Source: Clostridia bacterium (GTDB taxonomy: Bacteria; Bacillota; Clostridia; Lachnospirales; Cellulosilyticaceae). Taken from it: a stretch of 64,000 bases of DNA. The notes beneath the pieces are model-generated. The model ran no database searches and was not told the DNA's origin. It saw only the letters and a program-made list of their open reading frames with translations. The stretch is from the NCBI GenBank assembly GCA_029239755.1, contig JARBUI010000006.1:11529-75528 (forward strand), given 5' to 3'. A program made the position numbers and the translations under genes. Positions 21,988-32,092 of this stretch are shown piece by piece. How positions within the stretch are numbered: position 1 is the first letter of the stretch; each line of letters opens with the position of its first letter.

Positions 21988-22683
21988 ATGAAAGCTATTC
22001 AAAGGACACCTGTCGTGCAGCTTGTCGTAGATAATATTAAAGCTTATATTTTATCAGGAGAAATTTCTAAAGGAGATAAACTGCCAACAGAAAAAGACCT
22101 TTGTGAAAAACTTTCTATCAGCAGATCTACCTTAAGAGAAGCGATAAGAATATTACAAGCACACGGTTTTGTTGAATTAAAACCAGGCAAAGGAGCATTT
22201 GTTGCACGAACTAGAGAACTAGATCTTGAAGATGTCATTGAATGGTTTATAAGTCATGAAGTTGAACTCATTGATTTTATTGAAGTAAGGCAGGCTATCG
22301 AGCCTCTCGCTATTAGACTGGCCATTCAAAGGGTTACGCCAAAGGATCTGGCTATTCTCCAGCATATTAATGACCAGTTTGTGAAATCCATTATGAAGGA
22401 TGATGTTCCAAACATTATTTTACTTGATGAACTTTTCCATAATACCATAGTAGAAGTCAGCAGAAACAAACTGCTTATAAGCATTAACAATAAGATAAGT
22501 GAATGTTTCAAAGAGTTCAGAAGCAAAACCTTTCGCGTTCCGGCTAATGCAAGAAATGCTATAACTCCCCACAGCAAGATTATGGAAGCCATAGAACAAC
22601 ACGATGTAGAAGCTGGCGAGAAATATATGAAAGAACACCTAAATTCTGTTATTGCTGATTTAAACAAAATTACTAATGGTTAA
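21988..22683 (+). CDS. GntR/FadR-family regulator
   Basis: GDKLPTE..ISRSTLREAI winged HTH plus FCD domain. Confidence 0.93.
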   Translation: MKAIQRTPVVQLVVDNIKAYILSGEISKGDKLPTEKDLCEKLSISRSTLREAIRILQAHGFVELKPGKGAFVARTRELDLEDVIEWFISHEVELIDFIEVRQAIEPLAIRLAIQRVTPKDLAILQHINDQFVKSIMKDDVPNIILLDELFHNTIVEVSRNKLLISINNKISECFKEFRSKTFRVPANARNAITPHSKIMEAIEQHDVEAGEKYMKEHLNSVIADLNKITNG

Positions 22684-22729
22684 CATTTTTTGTAAAGATA
22701 CAGAATATAATGCACTATATGGTTTATAT

Positions 22730-22744
22730 GACATCATACAATCT
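22730..22744. promoter_or_regulatory. Probable GntR/FadR operator upstream of the TRAP operon
   Basis: GACATCATACAATCT, identical to 21776-21790. Confidence 0.7.
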
Positions 22745-22900
22745 GACCTTCATTATTTCTTAGATTATTAAATTTATAGGAGGAGAACGATATGAGAAAG
22801 ATTGGCGGAGTACCTTAATAGGGCTATCAATACAAGATAGATTGTAATGAAATTATAATGAATTATTATAATAATCACATTTAATCCAGGGGGTAAAGTT

Positions 22901-24007
22901 ATGAAAAAGCTATTATCAGTATTATTATCAATGGGACTCGCATTTAGTATGACTGCTTGCGCAGGCTCTAACCCAGCACCTGCAGAAACACAAACGAGCA
23001 CAAATACACCGGAAACTACTACAGAAACAAAGGCAGAAACTGCAGAAGCTCCAGCTGATACAAAAGCACCTGAAAAGCCAGCAGAAGTTGTCAAAATTAA
23101 AGCCTATACACCTACAAACTTAGAAGCAGTTCCTACAAAAACACTGCTTGAGTTTGAAAAAAATGTTGAAGCCAAGAGCAGTGGAAGAATCGATATTGAA
23201 GTATTCCATAGCAATCAGCTTGGTAATGACAGAGAGGCTCTTGAATCTACCCGCATGGGAACAATTGATTTAATACTTGCTGGTACAGGCGGATACAGCA
23301 ACTTCTATCCTAAAGCTAAACTTCTTGATCTACCGTTCTTATTTAATAGTGCAGATGATGCCTACGAAGCAGTAAATGGTGAAGTTGGTGAAAAGATCTT
23401 CTCTGATCTTCAAAGCGTTCAACTTGTTTATCTGGCTACTGGTGATAATGGCATGCGTCACATCTCAACATCAAAAACACCAGTTAACACTGCAGCAGAT
23501 GTTAAAGGACTAAAGTTTAGAGTGCCTGAAATTGATACATATGTTGATGTTTGGAAAGCATTTGGAGCTGTACCTACTCCACTTCCACTCCCAGAACTTT
23601 ATATGGCACTTCAAACAGGGACTGTAGATGGCCAGGATAATGCCCCTTACCATACTGTAGCTAACAAAATTGATGACGTTCAAGGTTACTATTCTATGAT
23701 TAACTACATGTGGATGGGACTTACAATGTCTATGAACCAAAAGAAATATGACGCTATCCCTGATGACCTTAAACAAATACTTAAAGATGAAGCTAAAGTA
23801 GCAGCTAAGTGGTCTTTTGACCAAATTAAAATAGACAATGAATCCGCCATAAAGAAAATGCAGGATAAAGGTATTGAAGTTAACCTAACACCAGATGTAG
23901 ATAGTTTTAGAACTGCTTTAGGTGGGGCTGATTACTACAAAAAATATGAAAAGGAAACTTGGTATAGCCAAGAAATCATTGACGCTATGTTAGCACTGCA
24001 AAAATAA
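22901..24007 (+). CDS. dctP: TRAP transporter substrate-binding lipoprotein
   Basis: Lipobox MTAC, QLGND, DLPFLF, GLKFRVP, ELYMALQTGTVDGQDN. Confidence 0.92.
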   Translation: MKKLLSVLLSMGLAFSMTACAGSNPAPAETQTSTNTPETTTETKAETAEAPADTKAPEKPAEVVKIKAYTPTNLEAVPTKTLLEFEKNVEAKSSGRIDIEVFHSNQLGNDREALESTRMGTIDLILAGTGGYSNFYPKAKLLDLPFLFNSADDAYEAVNGEVGEKIFSDLQSVQLVYLATGDNGMRHISTSKTPVNTAADVKGLKFRVPEIDTYVDVWKAFGAVPTPLPLPELYMALQTGTVDGQDNAPYHTVANKIDDVQGYYSMINYMWMGLTMSMNQKKYDAIPDDLKQILKDEAKVAAKWSFDQIKIDNESAIKKMQDKGIEVNLTPDVDSFRTALGGADYYKKYEKETWYSQEIIDAMLALQK

Positions 24008-24016
24008 TTTTTATAA

Positions 24017-24559
24017 TTGGATAAAATAGGAGGTATTTACATTATGAATGTTTTTAAAACACTAAATACCTATATCAATAAGATAATAGCTTTAGTTATA
24101 TCATTATGTGTAGCATCGATTGCCGGGATTATCTTATGTGAGATTACACTCAGAAACTTGTTTGGGATGTCCATGGGCATTGTAGTAGATATTATACGCT
24201 TAATATTTATGTGGATGGTATTTTTAGGGGTTGTATACTTATTTAAAAGTCATATGCTCATTAAATTCGAGTTTTTTGAGTCCAAAGTATCAGGGAAGTT
24301 TAAAGTTGTTTTATTCTTTGTTAATCGTCTTGTTTGCCTAGTTCTTTTTATAGTCATGGTTATATCAGGAAAGGATTTATACGAGTTTGTTTCTATTCAA
24401 TACTTTTCATCATTTAAGCTTTCTCTCTTCTGGCTCTATGCACCTGTCCCTGTATCGGGGATTTTGATGATCATTGGATGTATAGAAGAACTCCTTAGCC
24501 AAACTATAGAACTAACTGCAGCTAAAAACTGTGCGATTAAAGAAGGGGGATTAAAATGA
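24017..24559 (+). CDS. dctQ: TRAP transporter small permease
   Basis: Four TM helices, between dctP and dctM. The true start may be ATG 24044 after AGGAGG. Confidence 0.85.
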   Translation: MDKIGGIYIMNVFKTLNTYINKIIALVISLCVASIAGIILCEITLRNLFGMSMGIVVDIIRLIFMWMVFLGVVYLFKSHMLIKFEFFESKVSGKFKVVLFFVNRLVCLVLFIVMVISGKDLYEFVSIQYFSSFKLSLFWLYAPVPVSGILMIIGCIEELLSQTIELTAAKNCAIKEGGLK

Positions 24560-25824
24560 CAATTATATTAATAGCTTTTGCTATTTTGCTGATACTCGGT
24601 ATCCCTATAGCCGTTTCCATTGCTGTTTCTGCTGTTATTGGACTAATAGTGCTGGATTATCCCATAATGATTATAGGACAAAAAATGATAACAGGCATAG
24701 ATTCATTCCTGCTTATCTCTATTCCTTTATTTATACTTGCCGGAGAACTAATGAATGTTGGTAAAATAACGGAAAAAATATTCGATTTTGCCCAATCCCT
24801 AGTCGGCTGGATTCCTGGTGGTTTGGCCCACGCCAACGTCGTTGCAAGTATTATCTTTGCAGGCATGTCAGGTTCAGCTATTGCAGATGCCGGCGGGCTT
24901 GGAACAATAGAGATGAAGGCCATGACAGACAACGGATATGATGAAGAATTCTCAGGTGCTATTACAGCTGCTTCTTCTACAATCGGGCCTATCTTTCCAC
25001 CTAGTATTCCACTTATTATCTATGGATCTGTAGCCAGTGTATCAGTCGGGAAACTATTTTTAGGCGGTATTATACCAGGGCTTTTGATGGGTATTGCCCT
25101 TATGGTTTTAGTATCTATGTATGCAGTTAAAAGAAACTATCCTAGAACTAAATTTCATTTAAAACAAATGCTTAAACAATTTGCACAGTCTCTTATTCCG
25201 CTGTTTACTCCTGTCATTATTTTAAGTGGATTTTTAACTGGCTGGTTTACGCCTACTGAAGCTTCATCCATTGCCGTACTTTATGCTTTGTTAGTCGGAA
25301 AGTTTATCTACCGTGCAATTACGTGGGAAGCCTTCAAAAAAGCATTGTTCAACTCCGCTCTAACCTCTGCAAATGTACTGTTTATCATAGGAACGTCTAC
25401 ATTGTTTTCATACATACTTACAAATCAAGGGATTTCGAATCAAATTGCTTCATTCATATTAGGGATAACAGACAATCCATATATCATTTTACTGGTTATC
25501 AATATTATATTGCTTTTATTAGGTATGATCATGGAACCTGGTGCTATACTAACTCTCCTACTTCCTGTTTTATTACCTGTTATACAGCTGCTCGGAATAG
25601 ACCTTGTACACTTTGGTATCGTAATGGTTCTTAACCTTATGATCGGCATGGTTACTCCTCCATTTGGTATGTGTCTGTTTACAATAAGTGAGGTGTCTAA
25701 GTTAAACTTAGAATCTCTTTCTAAAGCAACAATACCATTTGTTATCCCTCTTGTTATTGTACTTTTAATGATCACTTACATACCAGGACTTGTAACCTTT
25801 CTTCCAAATTTATTAATGAGCTAG
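24556..25824 (+). CDS. dctM: TRAP transporter large permease
   Basis: IPLFILAGELM, GGLAHANV, SGSAIAD, PPSIPLIIY, TPPFG. Confidence 0.95.
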   Translation: MTIILIAFAILLILGIPIAVSIAVSAVIGLIVLDYPIMIIGQKMITGIDSFLLISIPLFILAGELMNVGKITEKIFDFAQSLVGWIPGGLAHANVVASIIFAGMSGSAIADAGGLGTIEMKAMTDNGYDEEFSGAITAASSTIGPIFPPSIPLIIYGSVASVSVGKLFLGGIIPGLLMGIALMVLVSMYAVKRNYPRTKFHLKQMLKQFAQSLIPLFTPVIILSGFLTGWFTPTEASSIAVLYALLVGKFIYRAITWEAFKKALFNSALTSANVLFIIGTSTLFSYILTNQGISNQIASFILGITDNPYIILLVINIILLLLGMIMEPGAILTLLLPVLLPVIQLLGIDLVHFGIVMVLNLMIGMVTPPFGMCLFTISEVSKLNLESLSKATIPFVIPLVIVLLMITYIPGLVTFLPNLLMS

Positions 25825-25920
25825 AATGTATTAATAACGATTACTCACTCACGAGTTAATAGCTTAAAGTTAATAACTTTAACTTAAACCTATTAACTCC
25901 AACTTTATGGAGGTAAAACA

Positions 25921-26736
25921 ATGAATATATCGCAAATTGAAGCCAAATGCAAAGCGCTTCGTTTAGATATTATTAACATGATAGCTGATGCTGCATCTGG
26001 ACATCCAGGAGGTTCACTATCAATCGTAGAAATGCTGGCATGCATTTATTATTATAAAATGAATATAGATCCAAAAAGCCCTAACTTAGAAAGCCGCGAC
26101 CGTTTTGTACTCTCAAAGGGCCACGCTGCGCCTGCCTATTATGCAGTACTTGGAGACTTAGGCTTTTTTGAAAAAAGTGAATTTAAGGCTTTTAGACAAC
26201 TAGGCAGTATACTTCAAGGACACCCAGATGCAAAGAAAGCTCCTGGGGTTGACGCATCAACAGGATCACTTGGTCAAGGCGTATCCATAGCGGTTGGTAT
26301 GGCTATTGGCGCTAAGAAAAAAAATCCTAACGTTAATGTATACACTATTTTAGGAGACGGCGAACTTCAGGAAGGGCAGGTCTGGGAAGCTATGATGGCT
26401 GCTTCTCACTATAAACTTGATAATTTAACTGTTCTTATTGACCACAATGGCCTTCAAATCGATGGACAAAATGAAGAAGTTATGAGTCTTGGAGACTTAA
26501 GAGAAAAGTTCACTGCCTTTGGCCTAGAGTGTATAGAAGTTGATGGTAATAATGTGTCACAGATTATAGAAGCCTTAGATGTAAAGACAACTAAACCAAA
26601 ATGTATTATCGGAAATACAACTAAAGGAAAAGGTGTATCCTTTATGGAAAACGTAGCCAACTGGCATGGCAAAGCCCCAACACAGGCTGAAAGAGAATTA
26701 GCGCAGAGAGAATTGGAGGGAATGGTAAATGTCTGA
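25921..26736 (+). CDS. Transketolase, N-terminal (TPP-binding) subunit
   Basis: SGHPGGSLS, DRFVLSKGH, GDGELQEG..N. Confidence 0.95.
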   Translation: MNISQIEAKCKALRLDIINMIADAASGHPGGSLSIVEMLACIYYYKMNIDPKSPNLESRDRFVLSKGHAAPAYYAVLGDLGFFEKSEFKAFRQLGSILQGHPDAKKAPGVDASTGSLGQGVSIAVGMAIGAKKKNPNVNVYTILGDGELQEGQVWEAMMAASHYKLDNLTVLIDHNGLQIDGQNEEVMSLGDLREKFTAFGLECIEVDGNNVSQIIEALDVKTTKPKCIIGNTTKGKGVSFMENVANWHGKAPTQAERELAQRELEGMVNV

Positions 26737-27658
26737 ATACAAAGCAATAAGAGTAGCTTATGGCGAAGCACTGGCAGAGCTTGGAGCTGAAAACGAAAAA
26801 GTAATAGCTCTTGATGCAGACCTTTCTCATGCGACTATGACATGCACGTTTGCTGAAAAATTTCCTGACAGATTCTTTAATGCAGGTATCGCTGAGCAGA
26901 ATATGATCAGCATGAGTGCTGGTTTATCTACAATGGGGTATATCCCTTTTGCAAGTACCTTCGCTATATTTGGTGCAGGAAGAGCTTATGAACAAGTTAG
27001 AAACAGTGTGGCCTACCCACACTTTAATGTTAAGCTTGCGATGACTCACGCCGGGGTTACCCTTGGAGAGGATGGCGGAAGTCATCAGGCAATAGAAGAT
27101 ATTGCCCTTATGAGAGTCGTACCAGGTATGACAGTCATTGTTCCTTGTGATGCTAATGAAACAAGAAAAGCTGTGAAAGCAGCAGCTCAGATAGATGGGC
27201 CTGTATACCTTAGACTTGCAAGACTGCCATCCCTTATTTTTGATAACGACATGCCGTTTGAAGTCGGCAAAGCCAATGTAATGAAAGAAGGCTCAGACAT
27301 TGTTATATTCACATGCGGCATTATGGTTGAAACAGCTCTTGAAGCGGCTAAAGACCTTGAAGTAAAAGGCGTTCATATGGCCGTTGTTAATATCCATACC
27401 ATAAAACCTCTTGATCAGGCTGCAGTATTAAAATACAGCCAGTCTTGCAAAAGAATATTAACCCTTGAAGAGCATTCAGTTATTGGCGGGCTTGGGGATG
27501 CTGTTGCTGATGCACTTATAGGAAATGGCGACTTCAAGTTTAAAAAACTTGGTGTGCAAGACCGATTTGGTCAATCTGGAAAACCAGATGCTATTTTAAA
27601 AGAATATGGCCTCACCAAAGAAGCTGTAATAAACGAAGTTCAGAAAATGATAAACTAA
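26729..27658 (+). CDS. Transketolase, C-terminal subunit
   Basis: GIAEQNM, GEDGGSHQ, EEHSVIGGLG. Confidence 0.95.
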   Translation: MSEYKAIRVAYGEALAELGAENEKVIALDADLSHATMTCTFAEKFPDRFFNAGIAEQNMISMSAGLSTMGYIPFASTFAIFGAGRAYEQVRNSVAYPHFNVKLAMTHAGVTLGEDGGSHQAIEDIALMRVVPGMTVIVPCDANETRKAVKAAAQIDGPVYLRLARLPSLIFDNDMPFEVGKANVMKEGSDIVIFTCGIMVETALEAAKDLEVKGVHMAVVNIHTIKPLDQAAVLKYSQSCKRILTLEEHSVIGGLGDAVADALIGNGDFKFKKLGVQDRFGQSGKPDAILKEYGLTKEAVINEVQKMIN

Positions 27659-27663
27659 TTAAA

Positions 27664-27704
27664 AAAGACTTCTAAAACACATATTCATATGTTTTAGAAG
27701 TTCT
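27664..27704. terminator. Bidirectional terminator
   Basis: ACTTCTAAAACA...TGTTTTAGAAGT between convergent genes. Confidence 0.65.
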
Positions 27705-27716
27705 TTCTTGTGATCA

Positions 27717-28625
27717 TTACTGGGTCTTTAGAATATACTTCTCTGCCTGATAAATACAAATAGCACCATCAGCAGCTGCGGTAATAATTTGCCTCAATTC
27801 CTTTTGTCTTATATCTCCTGCTGCAAATACCCCGTCTATATTTGTTTCACATTTTTCATTAGCTAAGATATAACCTTGTTCATTAAGTTCAACAACTCCG
27901 TTTACCAGCTTAGTAGCTGGTACGCTCCCTACTGCAATAAAGAGCCCCTGCAAGTCCATATCCGTTACTTCATTAGTTTTTATATTCGTTATGGCTATTC
28001 CTGTCAGTGTCTGCTCGCTATAGAGCTTACTTACCTGGCTGTCCCATATGACTTGTACACTTGATGCAAAAAGTCTTTCCTGAAGAACTTGGGCTGCCCT
28101 CAGCTCATTTCTTCTATGAATAAGATAAACTTTTTTGGCTAGCCTTGAAAGATAGAGGGCATCTTCTACTGCCGTATCCCCTCCTCCAACAACTGCAACT
28201 TCTTTATCTTTAAAGAAGCCGCCATCACAAATAGCACAATAAGACACTCCTTTGCCCCAAAGCTCTTGTTCTTTTTCGACTCCCAGCTGTCTTGGTTTGG
28301 CTCCCATTGCTAAAATGATTGTTTTAGTTTCATACGTGCCATTTGTTGTGATGACCTTCTTAACAGGATAGTTAACCTCAAGGCCTATCACCTCTTCAAA
28401 AGCTATTTTTGCTCCAAAACGATTAGCATGCTCATACATAGCTGCTGATAATTCTGGTCCTGTTATTTCTAATACCCCTGGATAGTTCTCAACCTCATTC
28501 GTATTAATCATCTGTCCGCCATGAAATTGTTTTTCAAGCACAAGTGTATCTAGCTTAGCTCGTCCTCCATAAAGGGCGGCTGTGAGTCCCGCTGGTCCTC
28601 CGCCTATTATAATAATATCTTTCAT
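27717..28625 (-). CDS. trxB: Thioredoxin reductase
   Basis: GGGPAG, CAICDG redox motif, GGGDTA, AAGD. Confidence 0.96.
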   Translation of the reverse strand: MKDIIIIGGGPAGLTAALYGGRAKLDTLVLEKQFHGGQMINTNEVENYPGVLEITGPELSAAMYEHANRFGAKIAFEEVIGLEVNYPVKKVITTNGTYETKTIILAMGAKPRQLGVEKEQELWGKGVSYCAICDGGFFKDKEVAVVGGGDTAVEDALYLSRLAKKVYLIHRRNELRAAQVLQERLFASSVQVIWDSQVSKLYSEQTLTGIAITNIKTNEVTDMDLQGLFIAVGSVPATKLVNGVVELNEQGYILANEKCETNIDGVFAAGDIRQKELRQIITAAADGAICIYQAEKYILKTQ

Positions 28626-28642
28626 AAATCCTCCCTTAATTG

Positions 28643-29131
28643 TTATCTGTCTAGTGCCTTAAGTGCCTCTTCATAATCTGGCTCTGATGTAACTTCATCG
28701 CAGTATTCAACATGAGTCACTCTATTATCTGCGTCAATGACGAACACTGCTCTTGTCAAAAGGCCTAACTCTTTAATATAGGTTCCATATTTTTGGCCAA
28801 AACTTCTATCCTTATAATCGGATAATGTTCTTACTTCTCTAATGCCTTCACTGCCGCACCACCTGCTCTGTGCAAAAGGCAAATCCATAGAAAATACATA
28901 GATTGTTACATCTTCCCTTTTAGTTGCTTCTCCATTAAAGCGTCTAACTTCCATATCACATACTGGAGTATCTATAGAAGGGACACTCAAAAAAACTCTT
29001 TTTCCGCTTGTATCTTTTAGAGCAAATGGCTTTAATCCATTATCAGATACTATAAAATCAGGTGCTTCATCACCTACCCTTATTTCATTCCCTTCAAGTG
29101 TAACACGATTGCCTTTAAATTTAACGTCCAT
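28643..29131 (-). CDS. tpx: Thiol peroxidase
   Basis: SVPSIDTPVC and SMDLPFAQSRWC. Confidence 0.95.
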   Translation of the reverse strand: MDVKFKGNRVTLEGNEIRVGDEAPDFIVSDNGLKPFALKDTSGKRVFLSVPSIDTPVCDMEVRRFNGEATKREDVTIYVFSMDLPFAQSRWCGSEGIREVRTLSDYKDRSFGQKYGTYIKELGLLTRAVFVIDADNRVTHVEYCDEVTSEPDYEEALKALDR

Positions 29132-29362
29132 AGTATATATCTCCTATCTTTGTGTTTTTATAAGCTTGTCTTATTTTTTGCATTTTAATACCTTTATAGT
29201 CTTTGCTTATTAAACGAATGAGATACATGCTAATATATATTTGTTTCACTTTTATATTACTATTAATAAATAACCTATTCAAATCATTTATTTTTCTCTT
29301 AAAAAGGCCACTTTTCTAATTTAGAAAAATAGCCTAATATAAATAAGCTTAATTAAGTTTCG

Positions 29363-30700
29363 TTAAGCATTTGCCACAGCCTCTTCAAATACTTCCAGTA
29401 CATAGTTCATCTGATCCTCTGTCATAACAAGGGGCGGTAAAAATCTTATAATATTTCCAAGTAACCCTGCTGATATAATAAGTACTCCTTTATGATAAGC
29501 ATATTTGGTAATTTTTGAGATAATCTCTTTATTAGGCTCTTTTGTTTCTCTGTCTTTAACAAATTCTACTGCTGCCATAGCGCCTATTCCTCTTACATCT
29601 CCTATCACACTATACTTATCTTTCATAGCATTAACCTTTGTAAGAATCATATTACCAAGCTTTGCTGCCCTCTCATCAAGCTTTAGCTCCTGCATTTTTT
29701 TAATCGTCCTCAGAGATGCAACGCAGGCAAGAGGGTTACCGCCATAAGTTCCCCCTATTTCACCTTTTTGAGGACCTGCCATCACTTCTTTTCTTCCTAC
29801 AACAGCGCTTATTGGCATACCCGCTGCAATAGATTTAGAAAGTGTCATAATATCTGGCTCTACCTCAAACCCCTCACAAGCAAACATTTTACCCGTTCTG
29901 CAAAAGCCAGTTTGAACCTCATCAGCAATTAGTAAGATATTATGTTCTTTACATATAGTATGAAGTGTTTTTAAATAATCTTTTGGCGGAATAATAAAAC
30001 CGCCTTCTCCTTGTACAGGTTCTGCAATGACTGCAGCAATGTTGTCCTCACAGTATTCACTCTTTAATAAATAAGCAAGCCTTTCTACACAGGCGAGACC
30101 ACAACCTGGATAAGTCCCTCCCATAGGACATCTATAACAATACGGTGACGGAATCTTATAAAGTTCTCCCGGGAAAGGCCCCATTCCATATTTATAGGGT
30201 TTAACTTTACTAGTAAGACCCATAGCCATATAGGTTCTTCCATGGAAAGCAGCTTCTAAAGATATGATACCTTGCTTACCCGTGAATCTTCTGGCTACTT
30301 TTACAGCATTTTCAACTGCTTCTGCTCCGCTGTTTGCAAAGTACACTGTTTTTTCATAACTTCCTGGTGTAATCTCTATAAGTTTTTCAGCAAGATCTAT
30401 ATAGGCTTCATAAGGAACTACCTGAAAACAAGGATGAATAAGTTTTTCAGCTTGTTCTTTAATAGCAGCCACAACTTCTTCATCACAATGTCCTGCATTT
30501 TGAACCCCAATAGCTGCAGCTACATCGATAAAAACATTGCCGTCTACATCCTTAATAAGTGCATCCTTTGCTTCTGCTGCATAGATATCAAAAGCAATTC
30601 CTATCCCTGGCGGTACACACTTATCCTTTCTTTCCGCAAGTTCCTTAGACTTAGGCCCCGGAAGAGCTGTAACAATCTTTGCATTCTTTTCTGTAATCAT
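29363..30700 (-). CDS. gabT: 4-aminobutyrate/5-aminovalerate aminotransferase (class III)
   Basis: NSGAEAVENAVK, FHGRT, EPVQGEGG, DEVQTG, SKS PLP lysine. Confidence 0.88.
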   Translation of the reverse strand: MITEKNAKIVTALPGPKSKELAERKDKCVPPGIGIAFDIYAAEAKDALIKDVDGNVFIDVAAAIGVQNAGHCDEEVVAAIKEQAEKLIHPCFQVVPYEAYIDLAEKLIEITPGSYEKTVYFANSGAEAVENAVKVARRFTGKQGIISLEAAFHGRTYMAMGLTSKVKPYKYGMGPFPGELYKIPSPYCYRCPMGGTYPGCGLACVERLAYLLKSEYCEDNIAAVIAEPVQGEGGFIIPPKDYLKTLHTICKEHNILLIADEVQTGFCRTGKMFACEGFEVEPDIMTLSKSIAAGMPISAVVGRKEVMAGPQKGEIGGTYGGNPLACVASLRTIKKMQELKLDERAAKLGNMILTKVNAMKDKYSVIGDVRGIGAMAAVEFVKDRETKEPNKEIISKITKYAYHKGVLIISAGLLGNIIRFLPPLVMTEDQMNYVLEVFEEAVANA

Positions 30701-30754
30701 ACTCTCATATCCTCCCTTTATTTATTAGCTACACTTTTAGTTTGCGGACCCTCT

Positions 30755-31888
30755 CTACAAGCATCTCTTATAAATCCCTCTTATCTCCTCCTTATTAAAT
30801 ACTCTGGCATTATTATCTAAATTGGCCTTCATGGTCTTAATACTATTATCTGCTAGCCAAGGAATATCCTCTTCTTTTACCCCTAAGTCTGTAAGGCTTT
30901 TATTAAGATGGATGCTTTCTAAAAAGCGCCTTAAAAGATTCCCGATCTCTTTACTTTCGTCTCCGCCAAGTACTTTAGTAAGTTCCTCGAACTTCCAAGG
31001 CAAATGCGGGTATGTTTCCTCCATAATTGCAGGCAAGAGAGCCGCAAGACCTTCTCCATGTACTGCATCTTTTAGTCCGCTTACAGGATGCTCCAAAGCA
31101 TGCGGCGCGCCTACCCCTGCTTGGCAAATAACCATCCCTCCTAAAGTGCTTGCGAAAACAATCTTATCCCAAGCCTCTAAATGGCTAGGATCTTCATACA
31201 CCTTTTTTGCGTTGTCTATAATCAGCCTGATTCCTTCTAAGGCCATCATATCGGTCATTGGTGTTGATCTTACAGCAATATAGGCTTCTATGTTGTGAGA
31301 AAGCGCATCAAACACTGTTGAAGCAATAACTGATTTTGGCATAGTTACCATAAGATCTGCATCAATGAGTGAGGCTTTAGGAAAGATAGCTGGGGTTTTA
31401 AGAGACTTTTTGTCCTTGGTCTCTGGATTCGTAAGTACCGAAAAACAATTGCCTTCACTTCCTGTTCCTGCTGTGGTGGGAGCTAAAATAACGGGTAATG
31501 CATCCTTCCCTTGTTCTATACCATAAATATAGTCTGATAATTCTCCTTTATTAAGCGCACTAAAGGCAATAGCCTTGGCCGTATCCATCACACTTCCTCC
31601 TCCAAGACCAAAAACTACATCGCAATCTGTTTTTTCCAGAAGGTCTACGCCCTCGTATACTGTAGTTGTAAGGGGGTTCTGTGGGACTCTATCAAAAATA
31701 ACATAGTCTACCCCTGCCTCTATTAATAACTTGCATAGCCTATCCAAAAGTCCTGTTTTCTTAGTACTTGATAAGCCCGTTACAACGAGCGCCTTTTTAC
31801 CATATGCTTTCGTTATTTCTCCTGCCGTGTTAAATACCCCTCGCCCAAAATACAGGTTTACAGGAAGATTGTAATTAAATGCATTCAC
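30755..31888 (-). CDS. Iron-containing alcohol dehydrogenase
   Basis: GLGGGSVMD, PTTAGTGSE, DALSH..H..H iron ligands. Confidence 0.92.
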   Translation of the reverse strand: MNAFNYNLPVNLYFGRGVFNTAGEITKAYGKKALVVTGLSSTKKTGLLDRLCKLLIEAGVDYVIFDRVPQNPLTTTVYEGVDLLEKTDCDVVFGLGGGSVMDTAKAIAFSALNKGELSDYIYGIEQGKDALPVILAPTTAGTGSEGNCFSVLTNPETKDKKSLKTPAIFPKASLIDADLMVTMPKSVIASTVFDALSHNIEAYIAVRSTPMTDMMALEGIRLIIDNAKKVYEDPSHLEAWDKIVFASTLGGMVICQAGVGAPHALEHPVSGLKDAVHGEGLAALLPAIMEETYPHLPWKFEELTKVLGGDESKEIGNLLRRFLESIHLNKSLTDLGVKEEDIPWLADNSIKTMKANLDNNARVFNKEEIRGIYKRCL

Positions 31889-31909
31889 CCTATTTACCCT
31901 CCTTTAAAT

Positions 31910-31951
31910 AAAAAAAGACATCGATAGCCCATGCTACAAACGTCTTTGTTT
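31910..31951 (-). terminator. Leader terminator overlapped by an ANTAR-like hairpin
   Basis: Minus strand AAAC-AAAGAC-GTTT hexaloop hairpin overlaps the 5' arm of terminator AAAGACG...TGTCTTT-TTTT. Confidence 0.6.
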
Positions 31952-32013
31952 AGTCTTTGTTTAGTCTTTGTTTAGTCTTTGTTTAGTCTTTGTTTAGTCT
32001 TTGTTTAGTCTTT
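31942..32013. repeat. Perfect 11-bp tandem repeat (GTCTTTGTTTA) x6.5
   Basis: Read directly from the sequence. Confidence 0.97.
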
Positions 32014-32037
32014 TTCATTCTTATTTTACTCATTTTT

Positions 32038-32083
32038 ATTATAGTCGCTCTTGGGGCTGCTTGCTATGTCCATACCTGACAAA
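32038..32083 (-). promoter_or_regulatory. Activator-dependent promoter with candidate PucR/CdaR-type site
   Basis: -10 TATAAT (32038-32043), poor -35, and palindrome TGTC-N7-GACA (32067-32081) just upstream. Confidence 0.55.
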
Positions 32084-32092
32084 ACATTTCGT

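Noticed and set aside
30726-30752. Minus-strand GGTCCGC..AGCTA resembling the repeat flanks (possible empty site)
   Set aside because: Only short matches, with no core or stem; could be chance.
31942-32013. Possible CRISPR array
   Set aside because: Contiguous 11-bp units with no spacers, and no cas genes in the window.
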